Of a stretch of DNA of 64,000 bases, positions 52,904-62,453 are shown one piece after another. The first letter of the stretch is position 1. Every line of letters begins with the position of its first letter. This DNA is from Terriglobales bacterium (GTDB taxonomy: Bacteria > Acidobacteriota > Terriglobia > Terriglobales > Acidobacteriaceae). The position numbers and the translations under genes are program-made. Under the pieces are notes generated by a model that had not been told where the DNA came from, ran no database searches, and worked only from the letters and a program-made list of their open reading frames with translations. The stretch lies in assembly GCA_035279425.1 (NCBI GenBank), contig DATEHT010000030.1, forward strand, positions 153,917 to 217,916, given 5' to 3'.

Positions 52904-54391
52904 GTGAATGCGCGCTTAGCATTTCAATTTTTTCTGCTGACAATCCTTTTGGCTGCGAGCACCTTTGCTTTCGGTCAGAAGACAGGCCCGGAGCCTGTTC
53001 CATGCATGGTCAACGGCGCCGAGGAAGTTGTAAGCCCGTCCGGCAACATTGATACCGACACCACAAATATTCAAACTGCAATGGATACGTGCACGACGGT
53101 TGGCACGCAGGCGGGTGCTCCCGTTTTTGTTCGGCTTGAACGCGGCAGTTACAACATCCGGCCAATCGTCATGCGCTCCTATGTTTATCTACTCGTTCCG
53201 CGAGGCGTAGTCGTGAATGCTTCGACTACCACGAGTGACTACCAAGTCGCCGGCAAGACCACCTGCGGGACGGTTGCTTCATCGAGCACCGGTTGTACTC
53301 CGCTTATTTATGCCGGCCAGAATTCCCAACCCGCGGCAAGCTACAGCGGCATCATCGGCGGCAGAATACCTGGCCTGATGGGAGGAACCATTGACGGTCA
53401 CGGTTGGGATGTGACTTCCAACGGTTTCACATGGTGGGAGATTGCAGGACAGGCGAAATCGGCAGGGAAGAACCAGGTGAACCCGCGCTTGATCGAATTC
53501 GACAAAGGCGAAAACCTCGAAGTCCGCGACGTGACTCTCGAAAACGCAGCGTACTTCCACCTTGTCTTCAGCCAATGTTCGAACGTTACTGTGTTCGATC
53601 TGACCGTCGATACTCCCAGCCCAGGACGTTCCGGCACGGACTACAACACCGACGGCGTCGATCCGATTTCATCGACTAATGTTTGGATCGATCACTCGCG
53701 CATTTCGGATGGGGATGACAATGTCGCAATCACCGCTGCTACAAAAGGCACCAGCCATGACATCTTCGTGACCAACAATCATTTCGGGTTGGGACACGGC
53801 ATGAGTATCGGCAGCGGTACCCAGAGCGGTGTGTACAACGTGTATGTGTTCAATGTGTCGTTTGAGGGAACGGACAATGGTTTGCGCGTCAAGTCTGCCC
53901 AAACCGAAGGCGGGCCTGTCTACAACATTTACTATGACACCATTTGCATGAGGGGCATCAATACGCATTCGCTCAGTTCGAAAAATGGCGCAATCGTTCT
54001 CGACACTCAATACTCGAGCGGAACTGGCACGCTGTATCCTTACTTCCACGACATCCACTTCCACGACGTGTACTCCGACACCGACTCGGCTACAATTTCC
54101 GGCACCGCTTGGGACCATGTGCGACTGAATGGTGCTGGTGGCAATCAACCGATGGCGAATCTTTCGTTCTATGATGTCGTCTTTAATGAACCCACGACCG
54201 CCACGGTCGCCGACATCGACGCGAGCACAACCTATTTGTATTCCAACTCGCGGAACCTGGTGATACCGGGTGTTTCGGTTACTCCTGCTCCGGCGGTTGA
54301 TCCCTTCGTCCCAATCGGACCGCAGCGCGACATCGAACGTTATTGCCGTTTTGAAAATCTATTGGAGAACGCATTTTGGCAAAAATTCTAA
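52904..54391 (+). CDS. glycoside hydrolase family 28 (second copy)
   Basis: GTG 52904 has AGGAGG 5 nt upstream. Signal peptide MNARLAFQFFLLTILLAASTFAFGQ. GH28 motifs NTDGVDP, GDDNVAITAA, GHGMSIGS, GLRVKS. Confidence 0.85.
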   Translation: MNARLAFQFFLLTILLAASTFAFGQKTGPEPVPCMVNGAEEVVSPSGNIDTDTTNIQTAMDTCTTVGTQAGAPVFVRLERGSYNIRPIVMRSYVYLLVPRGVVVNASTTTSDYQVAGKTTCGTVASSSTGCTPLIYAGQNSQPAASYSGIIGGRIPGLMGGTIDGHGWDVTSNGFTWWEIAGQAKSAGKNQVNPRLIEFDKGENLEVRDVTLENAAYFHLVFSQCSNVTVFDLTVDTPSPGRSGTDYNTDGVDPISSTNVWIDHSRISDGDDNVAITAATKGTSHDIFVTNNHFGLGHGMSIGSGTQSGVYNVYVFNVSFEGTDNGLRVKSAQTEGGPVYNIYYDTICMRGINTHSLSSKNGAIVLDTQYSSGTGTLYPYFHDIHFHDVYSDTDSATISGTAWDHVRLNGAGGNQPMANLSFYDVVFNEPTTATVADIDASTTYLYSNSRNLVIPGVSVTPAPAVDPFVPIGPQRDIERYCRFENLLENAFWQKF

Positions 54392-54423
54392 ACGCTTGCT
54401 TATCTCGTGTAGTCCCGGGTCCC

Positions 54424-55563
54424 ATGACCCGGGGGGAGCGGGCTGTGAGGTCCGCTCATGGAGTGTTGGCAGCTTTCTTCTTGCTATTCTTCGTCCCACT
54501 TTCCGTGGCGCAACAGAAATATCTCTCCGATTGGCCGGCGTGGGCTGATCCGCACGAAGTGGGCAAGCGTGTGGCCGAGCATTTTGTCACCAGCCCGCAC
54601 CAAGACCCTGAGAAAATTGTCTATCCCGAGGTCGGCACCTGGTATGGTGCGCTGACCTTCGCTCATCTTTCTGGCGACAAAGAGCTCACGGACAAACTGA
54701 TTCAGCGCTTCGAGCCGCTGCTATCGCCTCCCGGTTCGAACTTGATTTGTCACGAGCGCCACGTTGATTTCGAAATTTTCGGAGCGGTGCCGCTCGAAAT
54801 CTATATTCAGACGAAAGACCGGAAGTATTTGGAGCTAGGGAAATCCTTCGCCGATACGCAATGGGCGCCGCTTCCGCCAGACGTTCACGTTCGCGAGGGT
54901 ATGCCCCCTGAGAGCATCCCGCCGGGACTGACTCCCGAGACCCGCTTCTGGGTCGACGACATGTACATGGAAACGATTCTGCAGGTGCAGGCGTTTCGCG
55001 CGACCGGCGATCAGAAGTATCTCGATCACGCGGCCGTGGAAATGGTTGCGTATCTCGACAAGCTGCAACAGCCGAATGGGCTTTTCTATCACGCGCCTGA
55101 TGTGCCGTTTTTCTGGGGGCGGGGCGATGGCTGGTTCGCGGCGGGAATGGCCGAGATGCTCCGTTCGCTTCCGCAGAACCATCCGCAACGTGCGCGCATT
55201 CTCGATTCGTATCGAAGAATGATGACGACTCTGGTGAAGTATCAAGGCGCGGACGGCATGTGGCGGCAATTGATCGACCATCCAGAATCTTTCCCGGAAA
55301 CTTCGTCTACTGGAATGTTTACGTTTGCTTTGATCACCGGCGTAAAGAACGGCTGGCTCGACGAAGAAACCTACGGCCCAGCGGCGCGCAAAGGATGGTT
55401 GGCGCTCGTCGGCTACATCGACCAGAACGCCAATGTCACCAACGTGTGTGTGGGAACGGGCAAGAAGAATGATCTTGATTACTATCTAACTCGCCCGCGC
55501 CACACCGGCGACATGCACGGGCAGGCGCCGGTGCTGTGGTGCACTTCGGCGCTGCTCCGATGA
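54424..55563 (+). CDS. glycoside hydrolase family 105 (unsaturated rhamnogalacturonyl hydrolase, YteR-like)
   Basis: FWVDDMYMETILQVQAF, GLFYHAPDVPFFWGRGDGWFAAGMAE, WRQLID...ETSSTGMF. The start is uncertain (ATG 54424; GTG 54445 has a GGGGGAG SD; the ORF-track TTG is 54376). Confidence 0.85.
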   Translation: MTRGERAVRSAHGVLAAFFLLFFVPLSVAQQKYLSDWPAWADPHEVGKRVAEHFVTSPHQDPEKIVYPEVGTWYGALTFAHLSGDKELTDKLIQRFEPLLSPPGSNLICHERHVDFEIFGAVPLEIYIQTKDRKYLELGKSFADTQWAPLPPDVHVREGMPPESIPPGLTPETRFWVDDMYMETILQVQAFRATGDQKYLDHAAVEMVAYLDKLQQPNGLFYHAPDVPFFWGRGDGWFAAGMAEMLRSLPQNHPQRARILDSYRRMMTTLVKYQGADGMWRQLIDHPESFPETSSTGMFTFALITGVKNGWLDEETYGPAARKGWLALVGYIDQNANVTNVCVGTGKKNDLDYYLTRPRHTGDMHGQAPVLWCTSALLR

Positions 55564-55577
55564 GCCGTCATTAAAAC

Positions 55578-55627
55578 CTGCGAATCCCCTATTAAGCCAA
55601 AGAACCTGGCGTTCTGGGTATTCGCAG
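55578..55627. terminator. hairpin between convergent genes (GH105 and 55643-56419)
   Basis: CTGCGAATCCC (55578-55588) pairs with GGGTATTCGCAG (55616-55627): 11 bp, one bulge, 27-nt loop. T-rich tracts lie on both sides. Confidence 0.45.
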
Positions 55628-55642
55628 TCCGTTTTCTATTTC

Positions 55643-56419
55643 TTACTTGTCGGCGCAGGCATGTTCTTTTACGGCATTAGTGAAGTCGATCTTGAATTTC
55701 GAAAGGTCCTCGGGATTACCCGTTCCAGAAATCGCTTTGCCAAAACTCTCATTTAACCTTTGTTGCAACTTCTGTTCGTCCACTAACGGGCAACCCTTCT
55801 CGGCCAATGCTCCGATGAGCCCCTGGGCAAAGGTGTTGATTCCTTCAGGATCTTTCTCCCGCGCAATCGCGTCAAGAACGAGACTCATGCCCTCGTGGTA
55901 ATCACTTCCCCGCAGAAGAATTAGTCCGAGTTCGTAGGCGGCATCTTGATAAGTCGAGTCCTGCCCGGGACCTCTGTTGACGATTTCACGTAATACCGGC
56001 GCTTTTTTATCATCCGCGCGAAGAGTGTCGACATATGCCAGCGCAATTTGTGGATTGCTGGGATCCAATTCGTACAGCTTGTGTTCGACTTCGGCTTGTT
56101 TTGTCGAGTATGCTTGGCTCTGACTGGTATTCCTTTCGGTATAAGTGGACATGGCGTTGTAGCCGTCCGCGAGTAACTTATAAGCTGCGATCTGATCGTT
56201 GTAACCAGCCTGAATCGCCGCTTCGATTTCCTTAATCCCCTCAATCATTCCAGCTTCGGTTCCCCCATTACAGTCTATGCAGTTGTTCTCGATGAGGTCC
56301 TTGCCCCGTAAAAAATGCTCTTGCGCCTGCGGCAATACCTTAGTCTGGCCGTGGCACAGGAATATCGAACTCGTTATTACGAGAAAGAGCGCCACGTAGA
56401 TTGTCAGGGCACGATTCAT
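55643..56419 (-). CDS. hypothetical secreted helical (TPR-like) protein, last gene of the RND operon
   Basis: ATG 56419 gives MNRALTIYVALFLVITSSIFLCHGQ. All-helical composition and paired cysteines (NNCIDCNGG, KGCPLV, HACADK). Visibly more A/T-rich than its neighbours. No family recognised. Confidence 0.6.
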   Translation of the reverse strand: MNRALTIYVALFLVITSSIFLCHGQTKVLPQAQEHFLRGKDLIENNCIDCNGGTEAGMIEGIKEIEAAIQAGYNDQIAAYKLLADGYNAMSTYTERNTSQSQAYSTKQAEVEHKLYELDPSNPQIALAYVDTLRADDKKAPVLREIVNRGPGQDSTYQDAAYELGLILLRGSDYHEGMSLVLDAIAREKDPEGINTFAQGLIGALAEKGCPLVDEQKLQQRLNESFGKAISGTGNPEDLSKFKIDFTNAVKEHACADK

Positions 56420-56496
56420 GTGATCCTTTGTCATTCTCACATTATGTTTGAGCGGCCACACGGCAGGGCAGATCACTCTCGTAACTATCCAACCGT

Positions 56497-59400
56497 TTAC
56501 GCCACCGGCGCGTGTTCTTTCATCCGGCTGCTGCTCTTTTCGTGGCTCAAATAGAAGTGTACGGCCGGCGTGATAATCAGCGACAAGCCCATGGAGATGA
56601 CGATCCCACCAATCACTGCAATTGCCAGCGGCTGAAGCATCTGTGATCCTGCGCCAAATGCGAATGCCAGCGGCAACATTCCAGCGATGGTCGCAAGCGC
56701 AGTCATGGCAATCGGACGCAACCGGCGGCGGCTGGCTTGCAGCATCGCAGTTTCTGCGGAAGCACCGGTCGCGCGAATTTTCTGATCGGCATCGAGCAGG
56801 AGAATTCCGTTCTTTGCAACAATTCCAACCACCATCACCAGCCCCATAAAGGACGACACATTAAATGAGGTGCGCGTGATCAGCAGTGCAATGAATACGC
56901 CCGACGTAGAAAGCAGAGCGGAAGCCAAAATTGCCACGGGCGCGGCAAAGGTGCGAAATTCAAATAGCAACACGATGAATACCAGCACAATTGCCAGCGC
57001 CAGCACGAAAAGAAAATCATGGAACGATTGTTGCTCCTGCTGATAGGTACCACCGTACTCAACGCGAATCGAAGGAGGCACATGCAGCGCACCCACCGCC
57101 TTCTGCACGCCGGTCATCGCACTGCCCAGGTCGGTGCCTTCGGTGCGCGCGGTAACCGAGACTTCGCGTTGTAAGTTTTCGCGGTGGATTTCATTTTGAG
57201 GCGGAAGTTCGGTGATGGTTGCGAGTGACCCGAGCGTCGCGGTGTGTCCGCTTGTGCTGGCCAGCAACTTATTGCTGATGGATTCGAGGGAAGCTCTGTC
57301 GCTTACCGGAAAGCGGACGCGGACGGTATACACCCGATCATTCTGTACAACCGGAGTCGCCGCCGGCTCACCTTCCACAATGGCGGCCGCGTCGGTTGCA
57401 ATTTCTTCAGGAGTAAATCCGGCACGCGCTGCGACAGCGGGATCGATTTGAAAATCAACCGCCGGGCCAGTGACCGTGTTCTCAAGCCCATTCAAAACGT
57501 CGACCACCCCCGGAGCGCCGTGATGCCCATTTTCGCTATCAATCGCGTCTGCAACTTTGGGCGACCAAGTCTCAAGCAATGATGGATCTTGCGAAAAGAG
57601 CTTTATGGTCACCGGCTCCGGCTCTCCCGTCAGGTCCCCGATCATGTCCTGCAAAACCTGCACAAATTCAGTACGAACGCCCGGCTCCTGGGCATTCGCT
57701 TTCTGGCGAACATCGTCCATGATGTCGTCGATGCCACGGCTGCGCTTCTGCTTCAGCTTGACCAATATATCGCCTCGATTCGCCTCCGTTACCGAAGAGA
57801 GGCCCAGTTCGGCTCCGGTACGGCGTGAAGTGCTCTCGACCTCCGGTATCGATTTAATGATCTGCTCAATGTGGAGGACCATTCGGTTGGTCTCCGAAAG
57901 TGAGCTCCCCGAAGGCGTCCAATAGTCCAGCGTGAAGCCGCCTTCATCCATGGCCGGCAGCAAGTCGGTGCCAGTGAACTGGAAGCACAAATAGGAAACA
58001 ACGATCAGAATTACGCTTATCCCAACCATCCACCATGGCTTTTCGAGCGCCCGCCGCAACCAGTGTTGGTGAAAATCGATGATCCGCCGGAAGAAGCTGC
58101 CGGTTGATGCCTCCTCGGCCGCGAGCAATCGGTCGAAAGATTCTTGCCCGTTCTCGTCTTCGTTCCCGGCATGTTTGCGACGAATAAAGATGCTGCTTAG
58201 CGTCGGAGTCCAGGTCAGAGCTAGAGCCAACGAAGTGAACAGCGAAACTCCCAGCGTTAACGCCAGAGCCCGAAAGAATGTTCCGTAGACTCCGGTAATT
58301 ACGATCAATGGCAACAGCACCACCACGGGAGTCACGGTCGAGCCGATGAGCGGCACTGTGATCTCACCCAGAGCGCTACGAATTGCCTGCAATCTTCCTT
58401 GCCCGGCGTCGCGATGCAACACAATGTTCTCAACAACCACAATTGCGTCGTCGATCACCAGCCCGACTGCGGCAGCCAGTCCGCCGAGAGTCATCAAGTT
58501 AAATGTTTGCCCGAGTAGCTTCATCATTACGAATGTGATGAGGATTGTTACTGGAATAACGAGGCCAGCTACGAGAGAAGTGCCCCAATCGTGCAAAAAC
58601 ACGACCAGGATTATCGAGGCCAGGATCAACCCGAGCAGGATGGCATCGCGCACACTTTTGATCGACTGGCTCACTAAGAGCGACTGATCGTAGAACGGCT
58701 CAATCGAAATTCCGGGCGGCAGGGTCTTGCGGATTTGCGCAAGCATGTCATGAACTTCGTTGGCGACCTGCATGGTGTTTGATTCGGGCTGACGGTTGAT
58801 ATTGAGCAGTACTGCCGGTTTGCCGTTTGCAGTGATGATCGTATAAACCGGTTTTACTCCGGGAATGACTTTCGCTACGTCACCAATCCGCACTGGAGTT
58901 CCGCTCGCAGTGGTCTTCACAACAACGCCGGCGATCTCCTCGGGAGTCCGTACCTGCCCGCTGACGAGCCCGAGCACGAGCTGATGGTTGCGCTCGAAAA
59001 GTCCAGGCGAATCGATCAGGTTTGTGCGGCGCATCGCGTCGAGCAGATCAGTCACAGTGACGCCGGTGCTGAGCAACTTTGCCGAATCAGGCTCGATATG
59101 AAACTCCGGTTCCTGACCGCCCTGAATGAATACCGTGGATACGCCATCGAGCCGGTTTAGCCGCGGCTTCAGTTCATAAGTCGCCAGGTCCCACAATTGC
59201 GTTTGTGGCACTGTGTCAGAAGTGAGGCTATATCCGATGATCGGGAAACTCGCGAAGGTCATCCGGTTCGCGACGATTTTTGCTGTTGGCGGAAGCTCCG
59301 GCTGAATACGAGAAATTGCCGCATTGACATACTGCAAGGTCTGGAACATGTCGATGTTCCAGTCGAAGAAAAGGTCGATTTCCGCTTCGCCGCGGCTGGT

Positions 59401-59649
59401 GTTGGAGCGGACTTCATGCAGCCCGGGCACGCTGTTGACCGCTTCTTCAATCGGACGCGTGATGGTGACCATCATCTGGTCGATGGGCATCACGCCGTTA
59501 TCGACGGCGATGAGAATTCGCGGAAAATTTGTGGTGGGAAAGACCGCGACCGGGATCGTAAAGGCGAGATAAATGCCAAGCGCCGCGATGGTAATGATCA
59601 GGAAGATCAGCGGCTTTGAGTGACGCGCGAACCAGTAGGACCCATTCAA
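56497..59649 (-). CDS. efflux RND transporter permease subunit
   Basis: 1,050 aa with 12-TM AcrB/CzcA architecture (FARHSKPLIFLIITIAALGIYLAFTIPVAVFP...; LGGLAAAVGLVIDDAIVVVENI). TTG start. Confidence 0.93.
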   Translation of the reverse strand: MNGSYWFARHSKPLIFLIITIAALGIYLAFTIPVAVFPTTNFPRILIAVDNGVMPIDQMMVTITRPIEEAVNSVPGLHEVRSNTSRGEAEIDLFFDWNIDMFQTLQYVNAAISRIQPELPPTAKIVANRMTFASFPIIGYSLTSDTVPQTQLWDLATYELKPRLNRLDGVSTVFIQGGQEPEFHIEPDSAKLLSTGVTVTDLLDAMRRTNLIDSPGLFERNHQLVLGLVSGQVRTPEEIAGVVVKTTASGTPVRIGDVAKVIPGVKPVYTIITANGKPAVLLNINRQPESNTMQVANEVHDMLAQIRKTLPPGISIEPFYDQSLLVSQSIKSVRDAILLGLILASIILVVFLHDWGTSLVAGLVIPVTILITFVMMKLLGQTFNLMTLGGLAAAVGLVIDDAIVVVENIVLHRDAGQGRLQAIRSALGEITVPLIGSTVTPVVVLLPLIVITGVYGTFFRALALTLGVSLFTSLALALTWTPTLSSIFIRRKHAGNEDENGQESFDRLLAAEEASTGSFFRRIIDFHQHWLRRALEKPWWMVGISVILIVVSYLCFQFTGTDLLPAMDEGGFTLDYWTPSGSSLSETNRMVLHIEQIIKSIPEVESTSRRTGAELGLSSVTEANRGDILVKLKQKRSRGIDDIMDDVRQKANAQEPGVRTEFVQVLQDMIGDLTGEPEPVTIKLFSQDPSLLETWSPKVADAIDSENGHHGAPGVVDVLNGLENTVTGPAVDFQIDPAVAARAGFTPEEIATDAAAIVEGEPAATPVVQNDRVYTVRVRFPVSDRASLESISNKLLASTSGHTATLGSLATITELPPQNEIHRENLQREVSVTARTEGTDLGSAMTGVQKAVGALHVPPSIRVEYGGTYQQEQQSFHDFLFVLALAIVLVFIVLLFEFRTFAAPVAILASALLSTSGVFIALLITRTSFNVSSFMGLVMVVGIVAKNGILLLDADQKIRATGASAETAMLQASRRRLRPIAMTALATIAGMLPLAFAFGAGSQMLQPLAIAVIGGIVISMGLSLIITPAVHFYLSHEKSSSRMKEHAPVA

Positions 59650-59667
59650 CTTGTATTCCGCTCCTGC

Positions 59668-60927
59668 CTAGCTCTGACCGTTCGGCGCGGGCTTCGCTTC
59701 GGTGATTTTGCTGTTATCAGGCAGTCCGTAGGCGCCGGCTCCGACGATTTTCTCGCCCGCTTGCAGACCGTCAACAACTTGCACGCGATCGCCATCGCGA
59801 ATGCCGGCCTTCACCGGCGTTTGATGGGCCTTGCCATCACCGCCGGCGACCATTACTGAGGTTGTGCCATCCTGGGCTGTCAGCAGCGCAGCGGCGGGAA
59901 TCGCAAGCGCATCCGGCACCGACTGCGCGACGATCGAGAGTTCGACGCTAGTTCCCGGTCTTAGCCGCTCATGTGGATTCTTCAGTTGAACCCAAATTTC
60001 TACCGTCGTGCTGTTCGGATCAAGCGCAGGACTCACGAGTACGATTTTTGCTGGCAATGATTGATCGATTCCTCCGTCCGACACAGTGGCACTGTCACCC
60101 CTCTTCAACAGTACCGCCTCATGTTGAGGAATGTGCGCACGAGCGATCACCTGCGAGAGATCCATGATCGTGAGCAACGGCGTCCCTGCTGACGCCATTT
60201 CTCCTGGGTACAAGGGTCGCTCGGTAACCACACCATCAATTGGGCTCTTGATTTCGGAGTAGCTCAACTGCGCTTCCGCACCCTGGTACTTTCCTTTTGC
60301 AGATTCGAGTTGGCCTTTTGCGGACTTGATGGTTTGCTGCTGCCCGAGTGCGTTCAATGAATCCAGGTGGCGTTTGGCGATTTCATATTGATTGCGGGTA
60401 TTAGTCAGATCAATATTCGCCTGTTCCAGTTCCCTGCGGGGGATTGCGCCTTCCTGGAAGAGCTTCTGCCGGCTCTCGAAGATCTTTTGTTGGGTATCGA
60501 GCGTTTGCTGGGCCGCTTGCAGGTCGAGTTCTGCCTTTTGCATTTCCTGCGGCAGGTCGGCATTGGTAGTGATTTCGTAGGTCGCCTGCGCCTGGTCGTA
60601 TGCGCCTTGACTTTCTTGCGCAGCCGCGGCAAGATCGCGGTTTTCCAGCACCGCGAGTAGCTGTCCTTTGTGAACGTGGCTGCCTTTATTGACCAGAAAT
60701 TTATCTACCGGCGCGCTGATCTTCGGAACGATCGCGGATTGTGCAATTGGGAAGAGCACGCCTTCGGCGGTCACGTGTTCCTGCAGAGTTGTTCGTTCCA
60801 CGTGAACAATCTGCACTGGGACTGCCGGCTCGCTCTCCTTGGCGTCCGTAGAACAGCCGATCGTTGCCGCGAGAGCTAGAGCCATCGCGAACAGCACAGC
60901 AGCTAAGCTGAAATGAAGTTTGGTCAT
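59668..60927 (-). CDS. efflux RND transporter periplasmic adaptor (MFP) lipoprotein
   Basis: Lipobox LAATIGCS. Biotinyl-lipoyl-like hairpin (VNKGSHVHKGQLLAVLEN), coiled coil, then beta-barrel domains. Confidence 0.9.
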   Translation of the reverse strand: MTKLHFSLAAVLFAMALALAATIGCSTDAKESEPAVPVQIVHVERTTLQEHVTAEGVLFPIAQSAIVPKISAPVDKFLVNKGSHVHKGQLLAVLENRDLAAAAQESQGAYDQAQATYEITTNADLPQEMQKAELDLQAAQQTLDTQQKIFESRQKLFQEGAIPRRELEQANIDLTNTRNQYEIAKRHLDSLNALGQQQTIKSAKGQLESAKGKYQGAEAQLSYSEIKSPIDGVVTERPLYPGEMASAGTPLLTIMDLSQVIARAHIPQHEAVLLKRGDSATVSDGGIDQSLPAKIVLVSPALDPNSTTVEIWVQLKNPHERLRPGTSVELSIVAQSVPDALAIPAAALLTAQDGTTSVMVAGGDGKAHQTPVKAGIRDGDRVQVVDGLQAGEKIVGAGAYGLPDNSKITEAKPAPNGQS

Positions 60928-60946
60928 TTCCGCAAGATTCAGACGT

Positions 60947-62290
60947 TCAGAACCTTCCCGTCAGCGTCTGCAAATTAGCGACAGCAACCCGGTATCGCAC
61001 TTGGCCATCTCCCAGGGCATTTTGCGCCTGAGTCAACGTATTCTGGGAGTCTACGACTTCGAGCACGGTTGCCTCTCCTGCCTGATATCGTAACGTAGTC
61101 AGACGCAGGCTTTCGGTAGCCAAGTCCGCCGACTGCCGCAGCGACTCCAGTTCCGATCGCGAGGTCTGGGCCTCGTTGTAAAAATCTTTCAGGTCGGCCG
61201 CCATCTTGCGCTGAGCAAAACTCAGTTCTACTTTTGCCTGGTCACGCTCTAGTTCCGCAGCTTTGACTTTGCTCCGCGATACGCCCCAATTCCAAACAGG
61301 AATGTTTAGCGTGGCAACGGCCGAATAGCCCAAATTTCGCACCGGGCGCGGTGGAAATACAGTCGTGTCACGGCCATTCACCGCGAATTGGTTTGCATCA
61401 ATCCCATAAAAATAATCCAGGCTCAGCGACGGCAAAAAACTGTTCCATGAGATGGCAACTTCCTGGTTCGCGGCTTTTAACGTCGCGAGAGCGGCAGCTA
61501 GCTGAGGGTTACGGTTGCCGGCCACTGTTTCAACCTCGGAATACGATGGCAGAGCCCCGAGATTTTCCAGATCGTCGACGACGGTGAAGTTCTCGTTGAA
61601 ATTTGGAAAAATGATTACAGCTAGTTCGAGCCGGCTGCGCTCCATTTCTAGCTGCGCATCTTGAAGGGCCCGCTGTTCCTGCTGAAGTTGCAGCTGTGAT
61701 TTGATCGTGTCCGAATGCGCGACTTCTCCGCCGCGTTCAAGCTTCTGTGTAATGTCAAAGAAATTCTGGGCCTCCGATGCTGCCCGCTGCGTGATCGAAT
61801 ATTTTCGCTGCGCGACGACGGCGCCATAATAGGCTTGCGTTACCGTGACGACGAGTCCCCGCACCGCAATTTGCGCCTGCGCTTGGGCAAGTGCTTCCTG
61901 CGCTTGTGCCTGCCGATATTCGGCGACCATCTGCCATGACAGTGCCTGGTGTGCGTTGCCCTCGTTCAGGTATTCGTGTACGCCGTTATTGGCGATGAAG
62001 CGGCCTGAGGGTGTGCCGTTCCCCTCCGTATATAGAAAGGAGCTCGCGAAATTAACATTGGGAAGCAGGCCGGCCCGCGTCTGCACGCGAGTCTCTTTCG
62101 CGACACCATATCGAGTGAGTGCCGCGCGGTAGGTCGGTTCATTCTGCTGCGCACGCGTAAGTGCGTCCTGAAGCGTGATTGTTAGGGGCGCGGAAGAGGT
62201 GGGTTGACTGGCTTGCTGCGCCAGACTTTGACTCACAAAGATAGTGGATACGACCATCAAGAACATGAACCGCTCGGGCCTATGGAGCAT
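60947..62290 (-). CDS. TolC family outer membrane efflux protein
   Basis: Signal peptide and two OEP repeats (LTLQDALTRAQQNEPTYRAA..., ...ELERDQAKVELSFAQRKMAADL..., ...YQAGEATVLEVVDSQNTLTQAQ). Confidence 0.9.
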   Translation of the reverse strand: MLHRPERFMFLMVVSTIFVSQSLAQQASQPTSSAPLTITLQDALTRAQQNEPTYRAALTRYGVAKETRVQTRAGLLPNVNFASSFLYTEGNGTPSGRFIANNGVHEYLNEGNAHQALSWQMVAEYRQAQAQEALAQAQAQIAVRGLVVTVTQAYYGAVVAQRKYSITQRAASEAQNFFDITQKLERGGEVAHSDTIKSQLQLQQEQRALQDAQLEMERSRLELAVIIFPNFNENFTVVDDLENLGALPSYSEVETVAGNRNPQLAAALATLKAANQEVAISWNSFLPSLSLDYFYGIDANQFAVNGRDTTVFPPRPVRNLGYSAVATLNIPVWNWGVSRSKVKAAELERDQAKVELSFAQRKMAADLKDFYNEAQTSRSELESLRQSADLATESLRLTTLRYQAGEATVLEVVDSQNTLTQAQNALGDGQVRYRVAVANLQTLTGRF

Positions 62291-62392
62291 GATCTAGACC
62301 TCACCGGGAAACCAGAGGGTTCATTGTGTCACAGTCCGCAAAGGCGCGTTCACTTAAAAGAAGAGCCCTGAATGCGGGGCTGCCTCATGGGC

Positions 62393-62419
62393 AAAAAAAG
62401 GGCGAGAAATTCTCGCCCT
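62393..62419 (-). terminator. rho-independent terminator after the aldehyde dehydrogenase
   Basis: On the minus strand: AGGGCGAGA, loop ATT, TCTCGCCCT, then TTTTTTT (plus-strand A-run 62393-62399). Confidence 0.8.
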
Positions 62420-62453
62420 GTTGCCTAGTTACGAAGAGGAGTTCCGCGTCGGC

